Source: Eledone cirrhosa (lineage: Eukaryota). Taken from it: 64,000 bases of DNA. The DNA lies in NCBI GenBank assembly GCA_964016885.1, contig OZ024740.1, positions 128,464,001-128,528,000 on the forward strand, written 5' to 3'. The notes beneath the pieces were generated by a model. That model saw only the letters and a program-made list of their open reading frames with translations, had not been told where the DNA came from and did no database searches. The position numbers were made by a program, and so were the translations under genes. This document shows positions 1 through 13,979 of this stretch, piece after piece (the first letter of the stretch is position 1; each line of letters begins with the position of its first letter).

Positions 1-3000
1 TGCAAGCCTTCTGCCCTCAGCGCAAAAATGCAGGGGGTCGCAAACCTCCTTTGTTGCCAACGCCAGTGTCAGCACGAAAAGCTGCACTACCACCACCAAA
101 AACAACACCAACAAAGACACGGACATCAACATCAAAAACAGCCGGACCACCACCGAAACCAATCCAAGGGGAAAACGAGGAAAGCTCTCCCACTCCCCCT
201 ATCCTCCCAATTATACACATAGACAAAACAATAAACGCACACACAGACACAGAGACACTCACAGCCACAGACCCTTTGTCTTCCAGCAGCGAAGATGAAG
301 GAAAACCCAAAAGGGCAAAAAAAACCCAGAGAAAACTCACCAGAAAAAATCCCCAATAAAACACAAAAACATACACAACAAAAAATACAGACATCACTAA
401 GCAAACACTTCCCCAATAACATCAGCACCAACAGCAACATCGACACCACCCCAACAATCCCCGAAACGCAAACAACCTAAACAAATAGAAGTACAAATAA
501 ACACACAAATACCCGAAACAACACCACCACAGTCACCAAAACGAAAACAAATAAAACCAGACCAACAAAATGTTAAAAACTTCGTGCTTGTCAGAAGGGC
601 CAACGATAAACTGATGGTCCTCTTAGCACGAAGCGAGGACATTCATGCAGAGGGGGAGATCTTTAAAATGAGCACATTTTGCGTGCCAGAAGATTTGCTT
701 CTGGTCCGAATGTCACTCGATTCCTTCAAAGAAATTCGGGAGAGCTTTCTTCAGGACTAGGGAACCCCGAATGTGAAACCCACATCGAGACTTTTAAAGG
801 GGTTCCCAAAAGAAACCCTACCAACCATGGAGGTCGAACCACCCGACCTCCACAAGACCCCGGGCCATATTAAGAGTAGGAAGTTTAAATGTTCGCTGCC
901 TTTGGTCACCCTGGAAGCAGGGTCACCTGCTCAACGAGCTCAGGTCGCTGGAAATGGATGTGATTGTCGTCAGCGAGACCAGAATTTCCGACATGCGCGC
1001 ACTAGCCCCCATTTTCGACCACTATCAGATCTTCGCATCTGTTAGCAGGCCGGGAATGGGAGGTGGGGTGGCAGTGCTGTTTAGGAAAGGACTGGATCTC
1101 GAGGTAATGTCGATCTTCCGGGACCCGGACGGTAAGTTGGTGGTCTTGGATGTGAGCAGTAGCGAAGGTGGTGCCTTTGGACTGCTGGCCGTCTACGCCC
1201 CTACAGGCGCCGGACGACTGGACTGCTTTAGGCGCCTGGAGACCTTTCTGGGTACTTCTCGCCCTTTACTGTTAGCGGGGGACGATCACAGCATTTTAGA
1301 CGCACGCTGAGATTGTGTGGGAGTAACTGATAGGAGCGGGGGGTGCAAAAGCCTCAAGCACCTAATCAGCCAGTTCCAACTGTCTGACAGGTATCGACTA
1401 GATTTCCCCAATGCGCCAGTATGGACATGGACCAACCGCATGGGGTCATCTAGATCGTATATAGACAGATCACAATTTTGTGATCTGTATGGTCGACCTA
1501 AATAAAACGCGTAGGTTGGGACTGGGTTACTGGAAGCTGAACATGTCATTTCTGGCACGTAAGGCTTACAGGAACCGAGTCAACAATTTAGTTAAGCAAA
1601 AGTTGACAGGAGGGTTCATCAACAATAGATTGTGGGTGGCTCTCAAAAGAGAGGCTAGTGTAACTTCAATAGAGTTCAGCAAAGAACTAGGGTTAGAGAA
1701 AAATAGAAAAGAGGGGGAGCTGGTAGATAAGTTAGACGAGGCTATTTGTAGTGGCATTGCAACAGACGTGCTATCGGCGAGAATGGCATTAGACCATTTC
1801 TTCAATGCGAAACACGAAGGTTGCATTGTCAGAGCTAAGGCGCGTGCGCTGAGTAACGAGGGAAACAAAGCTGTTCGATGGGCCTGCGTGGCGGAGGCGC
1901 AGCGTGGTAATAAAACCACAATTCGGTCTTTGGCGAACCGATCCGGTCACGAGATAAGCGATTCCAAGCGAATGTGTGAGTCCTTTCGCCAGTACTTTGC
2001 TCGGTTGTTCGGGGAGCGTGGCGAGTCAGAGAGAGTAGCGGATTTCAGTCCCTACCTTGACGACTTGCCGCGCATCTCGACGGTCGACGCTGAGCGCTGG
2101 GAAAAGCTGATTACTTCAGCCGAAATTCAGGACGCCCTTGTCAGCTGCATGAGGCGCAAGTCACCCGGTTTGGATGGCCTGCACTACGAGCTTTACGTAA
2201 ATATGTCAGACTTGTTCTCCAAACTCCTCGAAGCACTCTACTGCAACTAGCAGCAGAATGGGAGTATTCCCAGTTCATGAGCAGGGGAGTGGTGACGCTG
2301 ATAAGGAAAGACGAGAACAAGAGGGATACATTAGACAACTTCAGATCCATAACTCTGCTCAACACAGAATTTAAGATTTTGGCCAAGGTGTTAGCAAAGA
2401 GATTGGCGCTTGTCGTCGAGGATTTGGTTGGGGAGGCGCAAACTTGAGCAATCCCATCCAGGTCCATACACGACAATCTCCACCTCATGCGATACATCAT
2501 AGAGAGGGTAAGGTGTAAACCTGGCTTCGGTGGGGCACTGATCAATTTAGATCAATCGAAAGCATTCGATAGGGTCGACCATCGGTGTCTGGAATTTGTC
2601 CTCAAAGCAGCTTGCTTCGGCCCTGTCTTCAGAAGCTGGATCGCTGCAATGCACAGCGGCACACGCTCGGTGGTCAAGGTTAATGGCCACCTCTCAGAAC
2701 AATTTCGGCTCTCCCGATCAGTCCGTCAATGGTGCCCTCTCTCTTCCTTTCGTATTGACTCTTGAGCCTTTTCTGCGGAAGCTGGAGCTGTTGCAGGGCA
2801 TCCCGTTCGAACCGGGACGTGGAAAGGCGGTGTCGGCTTATGCGGACGACATCACGCGGATGGTGTCGGACACCTCAGAAATCGAGGTGGTCGGCACCTT
2901 ATTGAAGGAATATGAAAGGTTGACAGGAGCCAACTTAACCAGGAAAAGTCGGTGCGCTTGCAGCTCGGAACCTGGAGAGGCAAGCCTATGCCGTTCAACA

Positions 3001-3843
3001 GCGTCGTGGGGCGCTGGACGGACGGACCGGTAAAGTTGTTTGAGTTTGGTTCGGACCAGACCTCCAGGTGAAAAAGAATTGGGACGAGGTAACGAGCAGA
3101 GTAGCCAGTCTCACCCAAAAATGGGCTGGGAGGAAGCTATCACTGAAAGGTCGTGCGGAGGTGACGAATGCGCCCGTCATCTACTACCGCCTGATCGTCG
3201 TGCCTTGCTCCCCCCTCCGCGCCTCGTCAAGTTGGAATGGCTCCTCTTCAAATTCTTGTGGAGGGGACAAATTCCGTTGGTGAGGCGGAGAAGCTTTAGG
3301 CCTCAACGAAGCCGAACTGACCAGTCTGTACCGGAGGACTTTCGAGCCGGGGACGATGGACAATTTCCAGAAATCCCTCGCTTGGCAGGGCTACTGGGGG
3401 GCACTGCCGCTTCGGGATAAACTCTACAAGCACGGAAGTGCTGTCAGAGGGACCTGCCCAAAATGCGCACAGAACGACGAAACCGTTCTGCACGCACTTG
3501 TCCAATGTCCGTGCATTACTGACTTGTGGAGTTATGTCGAACAGCTACTGTCGCGTGTGGAACGAATCCGGCTATCGGCCGAGTCCATAGTGAAGATCGA
3601 GCCGCCGCCTTCCTTAGGTCAGGAAGAGCATGACATTTTCCTCTGTCTGGTGGCCGTTGCGAAAGTGGTTATATGGTGGACCAGATTAAAAGGACTGAAG
3701 ACAGACACTTTTCTCTACGGCCAATCTCTCATCACCTTCTTCAAGTTTCATCTGGAAAGGAAGGTGAGGGTGGAGAGAGAAGGGCTGCCCTCCAGTACAT
3801 TTGCTAAAAGGTGGATGAATGTGGCGAGAAAATGCCCGTGTGA
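1..3843 (+). mobile_element. Tx1-group LINE copy A, degraded: ORF1 C-terminal part running off the left edge, then frameshifted ORF2 (APE, RT, CCHC); 3' UTR missing
   Basis: The frame from nt 3 reads QAFCPQ..KPPLLPTP, matching the ORF1 zinc-knuckle end of the other copies. ORF2 motifs lie in broken frames: LRVGSLNVR (~870), AVYAPTG, GYWKLN, KSPGLDGL, LDQSKAFDRV, YADD, CPKC..ETVLHALVQC. There is an internal deletion at ~3288. Confidence 0.9.
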
Positions 3844-6800
3844 CCAGGAGGAACTAGATGAGGCCAAGAGAATGGTAAAGAAAGATGGGTACAGGGTCAG
3901 CCTCCCCCTCCCCACCAAATAAAATGGAGCATCGGCGCCTATGCACCGAGTCTTATAGGACGATTAACATAAAATCGCGCCGAGTGGAACGGGCATCCGA
4001 GTCCCAAATCCAAAAAGCTTCGGGACATGTGTGGGCAAAAAAACATCACATCAGTTGAGGCCACCTCTCTTACCCACCCCGTGACTCAACCATCAACACC
4101 ACCAGCAGTAGAAATGGCAGCAACAACTGTAGCAGCAGCAACAGAAGCAACTGTAACAGCCATAACCCCAGAAACAGTAGCAAAACCACCCCCACCCCCA
4201 CCCAACACCCTAGAGATAGCACCAGTGCCTACACCATCCACCACGCCACAACCAAAATCAACGTCTGTGGAGGATTTTCCACTCCGCGACTTATCGCAAC
4301 TGGAGACGGATTTTGAAGACGAGGTGTGGGAAACGGTATCAGGAAAAAAGAAAAAAAGAAAAAGAAGCCAAAAAAGAAAAAAATCCGCTTCCTTACCCCT
4401 CCAAAAATAAAATACAGAAGGAAACAAATAAATTATCAAACAAAAAAGTTAGGACAGCTATGCCACCATCCACACCAGCATCACCAACCCCATCACCCCA
4501 AACACCAACACCATCACCATCATTAACCCCAACACCACCATCACCTACACCACAAAAGTCACCAAAATTCGAAACAGAAACAAGCCCACAACAAACGCAA
4601 ACAAAACAAAACAACCAAAACGATACACACTACACAGCATTAAATTTGAACAACCAACTATTACACTACATCCAACACAACACCAGCATCACAGAAAAAG
4701 ACACCCCAAAAGTTCACACCACCTCCACACATACAAATCACTCGCATCACACAGAAAACGTACGCGACACTAAAACAAAAATTCCTCAAAGACATCGAAG
4801 ACTTCCGACAAACACTCTCCAGGAGGATTTAAAGGACATCCTTCCGGAGGAGGCCACAAGCAGTGAAAAGAATGAAGAAACCATCCTTCCTCTACGAGAA
4901 GTAAGGTAAGTGGTCTTTCCCATCTCTTCCACTCCATTTCAACATGACCTCACTCAGAATAGGCAGCAAAAATGCCTGTGGCTTGGGGTCGTCATGGAAG
5001 AAGGGCCACCTGCTCAACGACCTCAGGTCACTAAACATAGATGTAGTGGCCATCAGAGAGACCAGAATCTCCGAAGCACGGGCCTTCACACCGATCTTCG
5101 ACGGCTACGATGTGTACGCATCTCCCGCCATCCTGGATCGGGGGAAGAGTTGTTGTGCTTTTTCGGAGTGGTTTGGATCTCGCCATACGGGCCATCTTCC
5201 TGGACCCAGAAGGTAAGTTGGTAGTGCTGGACGTGACCAGCGGAGACGGTCAAGCTTTTAGGCTAGTGGCCGTCTATGCCCCGACAGGAGCAGGGCGGCC
5301 TGATTTCTTCCGGCGTCTGGAGACCTTTCTTGGAACGTCTCGCTTTTTAGTGTTAGTGGGCGACTGGAACGGGATCTTAGATGCACGCTGGGACTGTGTG
5401 GGATTAGCGTATAGGGGAGGAGGGTGCAAGAGCCTCACCAACATGCTCAGGCGTTTTTAACTGTCTGACATGTACTAATTGGATTTCCAGAATGTGCCAA
5501 TGTGGACTTGGACAAACGATATCGGGTCATCGAGATGATATCTCGATAGAGTATTTTGTAGGGAAATAGATAGGTCTAGCATAAGCTGTCCACAATTCAA
5601 GATAGTCAGCTACACGGACCACAAATTCGTGATCTGTGTGCTTGACTTAGATAGGCTTCATAGACGAGGACCCGGCTACTGGAAGCTAAACGCGTCCTTA
5701 CCAGCGCGCAAGGCCTACAGAGACCGGATTAGCGAACTAGTTAAGCGAGCATTGACGGGGATCATCGTCAACAACAAATGGTGGTTTGCGATTAGAATAG
5801 AGTCCATTAGGTTTAGTAAGGCTTTAGCTATAGAGACAAATAGAGCAGAGGGAGAACTAGTTAGAAAATTAGACGAGGCGCTTAGCAAAGGCATTGCGAC
5901 CGACGTACTTGCGGCGAAATTTGCTCTTGACCAATTCTTCAATGCAAAGCACGAAGGCTGCGTTGTCAAAGCTAGGGTGCGTGCTCTCAGACACGAGGGG
6001 ACGAAAGCCGTTCAATGGGCCTGAGTGGTGGAGGCGCGTTGTGGTAACGAAGCCCTGATCCGGTCTTTGGTGGACCACGACGGGCGCATGTTACTCAATC
6101 CCGGGCAATGTGTGAAGCTTTTCAGCGACACTTCGCACAGCTGTTCGGGGGCAGCGGCGGCCGGATCGAGGGATGTACTTTAGTGTCTACCTCGACGGAC
6201 TGCCGCGTTCTCGGCCACTGAGGTGGAGTGTTGCCGATAAAAGCCGATAACCGCCGCTGAAGTACGGGAAGCAATGATTGGTTGTACAAGGGGTAAATCG
6301 CCTGTGTTGGATGGTCTGCCCTATGAACTTTACGTACATATGCCAGACTTATTTGGAAGCCTCTTGACGCACGTCTACTGCAACTGGCAACAGAACGGGA
6401 GAATTCTCAGTTTTGTAAGTCGGGGAGCAGTGGCGCTGCTGAGAAAAGACCCGAACAAGGGGGATGTTATTGATAATTTCAGGCCCATAACCCTGCTAAA
6501 CGCAGAGTTCAAGATTTTGGCCAAGGTGTTAGCAACGAGGTTGGCACTTGTCGTTGGTGGTCTGGGGGGAGAGGCGCAGACATGCGCGATCCCGGACAGA
6601 TCCATACACGACAACCTCCACCTCATGCGATACATCATAAAGAGGGTGGTTAAGGAACCTGGCAAGGGTGGGGCCCTGATCAACTTGGATCAATCCAAAG
6701 GATTCGATAGGGTCGACCATCTGTACCTGGCGGCGGTCCTCGAGGCAGCTGGTTTCGGGCCCGTTTTGAGGCGTTGGATCGCAGCAATGTACAGCGACAT

Positions 6801-8660
6801 CTGCTTAGTTATGAGGGTGAACGGTCACCTGTCGTAGCCGTTCAGCATCATGCGCTGAGTCCGCCAGGGTTGTCCCCTCTCGTCCCTCTTGTACGTATTG
6901 GTTCTCGAGCCGTTATTGCACAAACTGGGGTGATGAGGGGCGTTCCACGCGAACTAGGATGCGGGAAATCCGAGTCGGCTTACGCTGACGACGTCACCGT
7001 GGTGGTGTCGAGCACCAGACACGTCCAGATGTTCGGCACCGCTCTCAAGGAATACGAAACGGTGACAGGAGCAAAGATAAACCAGGAAAAGTCGGTGGGC
7101 TTGCAGCTAGCCACCTGGAGAGGCAAGTCCTTGCCGTCCGACAGCGTCGTGGGGCGTTGGACGGACGGACCGGTTAAATTGCTCGGGGTCTGGTTTGACC
7201 CGGACCTCCAGATGGAGAAAAACTGGAACCAGGTGACGAGCAGAGTGGCCTCCCTCACCCAGAAATGGAATGAGAGGAAGCTGTCCCTGAAAGGTCCGGC
7301 GGAAGTGGCGAATGCGTACATCGCATCCGTCATCTGCTACCGCCTCACCGTCGTCCCTTGCTCCAGCCCAACTCTCACCAAAATAGAGCGCCTCCTATTC
7401 CGCTTTTTGTGGAAGGGACGCGCGACCATGGTCAGACGATCCATCTGCTGTTAACACCCGTTGCGTGGAGGACTGGGCATGCCATGGCTGATGATGCGCA
7501 AACATGCGCTGAGGCTACGACATCTCTGGTGCTTCCTTGATGGTGAACGGGTGTGGTTGCCGTTCGCCAGGCACATTTTCCCACAGCTCGTCTCCTTGAC
7601 GGAGCTGCAGTCCTGGGTCAGAAAAAGACGGAGGGATAGCGCTTGGAAACTGGAATGTCTCCAGGCGCTCACTGCCCTCTCCCAGTTGGGCACCAGTATC
7701 GGTGGAACATCCACCTCGGCGTCCTATAGAGGACTAGTGGAGGGGAAGAGCGACGACATTCTCGGAGAGATCCTGGGCGTCGAAGAAGATCAGCTGCTTG
7801 CTCTCTTCCGGAGAACTTTCAGCCCGGGGCCTATGGATAACTTCCAAAAATCCCTGGCCTGGCAGTGCTACCGGGGAGCGCTGCCGGTTCGAGATAAGCT
7901 CTACAGGCACGGAAGTGCCGTCAGCCGAGCCTGTCCGAGATGCGCGCATAGCGACGAAACCGTTGTGCACGCACGCGTTCAGTGCCCGAGCATTGCTGAC
8001 TTGTGGAGCTATGTTGAACAGTTGCTGTCACGTGTGGGACTGATCCGGTTGTCGACTGAGTCCATTGTGCAGGTGGTCTCGCCGTCTTCCTTTGAGGAGG
8101 AAGGGCAGGCGGTTTTCATCTTCCTGGTGGCCATGGCGAAAGAGATTGTGTGGTGGACATGGTTAAAAGGATTAAAAACAAACACTTTCCTCTTCGGCGA
8201 ATCCCTGATTAACTTTTTCAAGTTTCACTGGAAGAGGAAAATCAGGGTGGAGAGGCAAGTGCTGCTTTCTAGCAAGTTTGTTGAAAGGTGGGTGAATGTA
8301 GCGAGAATGGTCCGAGTGAACGGGACCACTCTGAATATACGTCTGTAGTTTGAGAGATGGAAAAATTGAGAGAGGGCGCTTGCCCTGGTAGTCAGGGTGG
8401 CCGTGGTCTTTTGTGTGGTTTTCGCCACGAGTAACCGTCGGAGGTTTCCCCCCTTTTGGGGAATTTTTCATTGTTTCAATTTTCATTTTATTGTTTATAT
8501 AAACATATGTTTTATGTGTTTTTTCTTTTCTTATATAAATAATAAAAATATTTACACGCACAACACCCACATCGTACCGTCCTATTCCGTCTGTGATGTT
8601 TTTCTTGATGTTAGCCCTTGTGGCCAATAAAGAAATCATCATCATTATTATTATTATTAT
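3844..8660 (+). mobile_element. Tx1-group LINE copy B: 5'-truncated, internally deleted ORF1 (stop 4909), disrupted ORF2 (4944-8348), 3' UTR and (ATC)/(ATT)n tail
   Basis: ORF2 starts MTSLRIGS, as in the intact copy at 31127, and carries several stops and frameshifts. It ends CCCTTGTGGCCAATAAAGAAATCATCATCATTATTATT. Confidence 0.92.
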
Positions 8661-9873
8661 TCCAATATTTTATTTTATTCATTTCAAAAGAAAACAGCAA
8701 CTTGTGAGCAATTTAAATCATTGTGACTCACATATGCACACAAACATATATACATGCACATGCTATCATCAACTCCAGACACAGAAATACCCCCCCCCCC
8801 CACCCATACACGCTTATGCACTCATATATTTATATATTAGTAACAATAATAGCAACAATGAATTAATGAATACAAAGGCAATTAAGTCATGTATCATCAA
8901 TACAGTCATTAGACTGTAAAATGCTATATGTAATACTCACAACAATTTTTGAATGCCTTTTATTTAATATACAATAGATTTTATTTTTTCCTTATTGGGG
9001 TTGTGGTTATTGTTCAGTTAAGTACTTCAATCGCTTTAATGAGTAAAAACAATGCTATAACATCTCATTGAATCCGATTACATAGAAGCAAAGTAATATA
9101 GGTAGGAGTGTATGTGCTAAGTGTACCATATACACCTACTTCATGCTCAACTGAATATAACATTCATATAAGTACGTGTATATATATGTTCATGTAAGTA
9201 TGTATATGTTTATATGTAAGCTCATGTATTCATATCTTTAATTGATTTCTAAATTATGGGTGTGTATATATTAAACAAATTGCTTGTAAAGAGCTCACTC
9301 ATATGATAATGGTTATAGTATTAAATAGGGATACCTATATGGCATTGTGTGGTAGAGGAAATAATGTATTACAAGTTCTTTATTCATCTCATTCATACAT
9401 GCAGGTAGATCTATATAATCTGTCTATGTAGTTTCTTCTGCTTTTATCTTTCAAAACTCTTAACAAAGGAGAAACAGCCAATTTCTAAACCAGAAACAAG
9501 GTTTTGTCATTGGAAATTAGACAACATCAACTGGGTAGCCGTGTATGTGTGTGAATATGGTGTATGTGTGTGCATGTGTGATGTATTGAGTCTTTCTCTC
9601 TCTCTCTCTCACTCTCTCTCTCCCTGTCTCTCTCTCTCTCTTTCTTTCCACCCCTCTCTCTCACTGCACATCTGTGTGTGCATTTGAAATAAGATTGAAA
9701 TTGATATTACTCAAGTTACACTTTGAGAAATGTCGATTTGAATCACTAATTGTTAATATCGTTTCTTAAAATCAAACAAATACATTAGGGATCTTATCAC
9801 GTGTTCTTACTCCTACCATTGTTTATTGTGTACATATATTTATCTATGTTGTATTTATGTGCATATATATGTG

Positions 9874-10079
<206 letters not shown>

Positions 10080-10082
<3 letters not shown>

Positions 10083-10441
10083 TTAAAACAAAGTGAGGTT
10101 TCACATTAAGGTCTTTATTGATTATACACAGTTATGATCATTTCATAGATGGGTTGCTCAGCATCTATGTAAATGCTATAGATCCTATTCCATCCCAATC
10201 TGCTCCTTTGAATTGGCTTTGCTTAATTAACAAGTCTGATGTGCAGATGGGCCTGGAATCGGGTCTATAGTATTTACTTAAATGCTGAACCACCCACATG
10301 TGAAACGGTCGTAACTGTGTATAATCATACCTTATATAGAGACCTTAACCTCAATGTGAAACTTTGTTTTTAATATATACACTGCTTTAGCATAGAGTGC
10401 TACCTTCCTCAGTTAACCACCAATTTACTGAACCACCTATT
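10080..10441 (+). mobile_element. Palindromic non-coding element with a one-sided tail and a degenerate hammerhead in each arm (probable Penelope-like pLTR pair)
   Basis: Arms ~10083-10205 and ~10243-10372 are diverged reverse complements. CTGATGT is at 10236 and GAAAC-GGTC-GTA at 10302-10313. The tail is 10375-10440, with microsatellites on both flanks. Confidence 0.6.
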
Positions 10442-10443
10442 AT

Positions 10444-10475
<32 letters not shown>

Positions 10476-10598
10476 GCAGTCAGTAGGCACCTCTTAACCA
10501 AAAATCTTGCCTCAAGTGGGACAATTCCCGTTTAAACCCATGCTAGCGTGGAAGATAGACGTTAAATGATGATATATATATATATATGTGTGTATGTA

Positions 10599-10629
<31 letters not shown>

Positions 10630-10849
10630 TCTGCCTTGACAAAGGCTAAGGGGTCATCTCTCCCGGTGATTTTGGATGGCCTTTTACTCTTACGAGCTCC
10701 TTTGCCCTTTGACAGGTTTTGTTTTTAGTCCTGCAGGATGTCCAAAGTCACCCTCCTTACCAAGAAACCTTGGTGGGGTTGCCAGTTTAGTCGCCAACGA
10801 CTAGGAGAAGGAAAACTCTGATATAACACCTGCAACCCGATGGTATCCA

Positions 10850-11170
10850 ATGATGTTGACATGTTCTTCTTTTTGGTAAATATCATCTTGGTTAAGAGAG
10901 TGGGACTGGCTTTGTGCAGTGCCTTTGCTCACTATAAAAGCTTCACGGCACAGGCATTGCTTTATATCTGGAGATCTCTCTACACTTGTCGTCACATGGT
11001 ACCATGGGCCCAGCACTATGTGTCAATAATTGTCACAAGTGTAGTGTTTGTACCAGAGTTTTCAAGTCGCTGGCTGGACTAAAAAGTCACACTCGTTCAG
11101 CGCATCAGTAGGAGTTCTCCTACATGAATATAAAGTAGTGGCCGTACTCGAAAACGAGTTGGCAGCCACC
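10850..11170 (+). mobile_element. 3' remnant of an RTE-like LINE with a terminal C2H2 zinc finger
   Basis: 11031-11111 translates CHKCSVCTRVFKSLAGLKSHTRSAHQ*, followed by a short UTR with an ACTCG-AAAA-CGAGT hairpin and then a microsatellite. The 5' boundary is uncertain. Confidence 0.5.
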
Positions 11171-11205
11171 ATATATATACATATACTCTCACACACACGC
11201 GCACA

Positions 11206-11253
<48 letters not shown>

Positions 11254-12467
11254 TAAACCATGCTGGCGTGGAAAATGGATATTAAATGGTGATGATGATG
11301 ATGATGATATATATAAATTGAAAATATATTTTACTTGATAGCTACATTACTAGTAAATATATAATATCTTTACTTTTAATAAATATATATATATATTATT
11401 ATTATTATTATTTTTTTTTTTTTAGGTAAGGGTGATATCTGCATATAAAGCCAAGACTTTCATCAATATATAATGTAAGGGACTAGAGGAATTCAAACCA
11501 ATTTCTTCTTTGTTAAGTGGCGTTTCAATGCCTGTGTTCACCTGACATTCTTTCTAATAACCGTATTGCTTTCCTACAACTACATAATAAATCTCTAATC
11601 GTATAGAATCCAGGACCTGTCCGATTGAATATATACGAATGAATTTTTCTTTTCTCTGTTGTATATTACTGCTGTTTTCAGCTAAGAATCTATTCGTGGT
11701 GGCTATAAAATAATCATCATTCTTTTTCATGCTTACCAAGTTGTTCCATTTTTTTACGATGGTTTTATCTAAGGTTTAATCAGCATTGTATAGGTTGAAG
11801 TATTCGTGCTGCCCTTTGGTCTTCGTTGTTAGCAATGTTTCATTAATCTCATTAATTCATTTCGCCTATATTTATAATAAAACCATAAAACTTCAGTTGC
11901 TATTATTTCTTTATTATTGCGAGAGTCAAATTAAGAAGGGCATCCTGCTTATTACCAACAATTTTATATGGACTCAATAATTCATATGCGAGTGTGAAAG
12001 TTTCAAGAACCATATTAATCATTCTTGTTATTTAAAATAATGATAAAAAAAATAAAATAACACGATACTGATTTATCATTAAATTGATTGATTCATCAAA
12101 CTAACCAATCTATTGAATTCACCAAAGCGAAAGAATAGAATTAAAATTCAATCCCTAAATATGGAACAGTTTGCAAGACCACATCCCTTATTAACCCTTT
12201 TATATTCAACATCAAAGAATGAAATAAGATTTTCTAATTCTTTCATAAACGCATTCATAATCCTCTTGTCATATTTCTGATATCTTTCCATCTAATTTTT
12301 CTTGAAATTTACCTTTTAATTGCATTTTCTTTATCTTTGGGTATATTTTGTTTATTCGTTTGCTGTTAATTGTTTTTTTCACCCCAAGGTTAGATGATAC
12401 CAGAAGTTAGGAATCAATCTTCTCGACTAATTTCAGAATATTTTGTTATTTCTTTGCTTTAGAAGTT

Positions 12468-12585
<118 letters not shown>

Positions 12586-12997
12586 AATATGTGCGCAATA
12601 TATCCAAGTATTCTTTATTAAATATGCCTGTATCGTTAAAGGGAAATGATTTAAAGCCAGTAATAATGTTACTCTTTGATTGCCTTGATAATGATGACGA
12701 TAATGTTGACAATAGATCATAACAACTAGATATATTTAATAAACACGCATTCACAGGCTCCCCTCACTCTCACTTACTAAATAGACTAGCTAGAGATATA
12801 ACTACATATCACACCCATACTAAAGCGGTTTCATTAAAAATAACTCGCAAATTAATACCAAATCTGATGATTAGTCCCACACACATTAACCATTTACGTG
12901 CTTGTCCCTTCTTTTCCATCGAAACAGAATAAATAAAGTATGAAAACCATATCATTATTTTCATATGATTAGGACAATGGGATTGATGTGTTAATAT

Positions 12998-13579
12998 CTG
13001 TACACAACAACTACAACGGTACGCGATGGGGCCCACCCACAGCCGGGGGAACAGAATGGAGAAGGCGTTACTCCGGAGGACGGCAAGGGAGACGCGCTGG
13101 AAAAGCCACTCCAACTCACGGGGCTCACACCTGCGGCTGGCCAGCTCAGTGCCTATGGTGGTGAGTAAGGGGCCGAGGACACCAGAAGTCTCCACTGCCA
13201 GGGGATACGACCACAAACCTGTCGGAGGGCGACCGGTATTTGAGGAGTTTGGCCACCTCAGCTCGACGTGCAGCAGGACCTGGGTCAGTCGCACACTACT
13301 GCACCAGGTTGCGGCTGCAGAAAGTGTCGGTGCAAGTGGCATCCCAGACGAGGGATTTGCCACCGCGAAGCGGGAAGATGGTCATGTCATCTGGCCTTTT
13401 GCCGTCCCCCTGATCCAGCCCCACCGTCGAGCTGGGAAGGGAAGCCTGCAGCGTCCAAGCCATGCTTAATGACCTCGTTGAGGGCAGCATGGCGTGGAAT
13501 GCGGCCGGCACTGTGGCGACAGGAAAGCGGGTGGAGGCCGAAATAATCCACGGTGGAACCGCAGCAACATTAAAGTATC
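12998..13579 (-). mobile_element. 5'-truncated CRE-clade non-LTR retrotransposon (zinc finger plus restriction-like endonuclease end)
   Basis: A GC-rich island. Minus frames give [39 protein letters not shown] and PLAVETSG..LFQRVSLAVLRSNA. An 11-bp direct repeat TGTGTTAATAT lies at 12987-12997 and 13580-13590. Confidence 0.75.
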
Positions 13580-13979
13580 TGTGTTAATATTTATATTTAC
13601 CCGCCACTCTTATTCGTTAAAGCACGGATGGAAAACGTTTGTAGTACCATAACACAATAATTAGAAGTTCGGCGGTGTTGCATCTATGCTAAGAAAAATA
13701 GCGTAACTTAAATTTTACTAATTCATATGCATACAGCCCAGGTGAGGCTGTTGTTTTGCTGTTATAATGGGCTTTTCATTAGGTTTCAAAACACAGCCAG
13801 TAAGTAGCTTTCTATTTAAAAGCAAGTTAATGAAATGATATTGTATTTAAGGCCTTCCCTACACCTTCACCTGAGTGTTATAACTTTGCTGTACCTTTTT
13901 GCTTTTGCTGTTATTAATTTCATTATGAAATTTGAAACGTAGTTGATACAACGCTCTAATGACCATAATAGTATATCAT

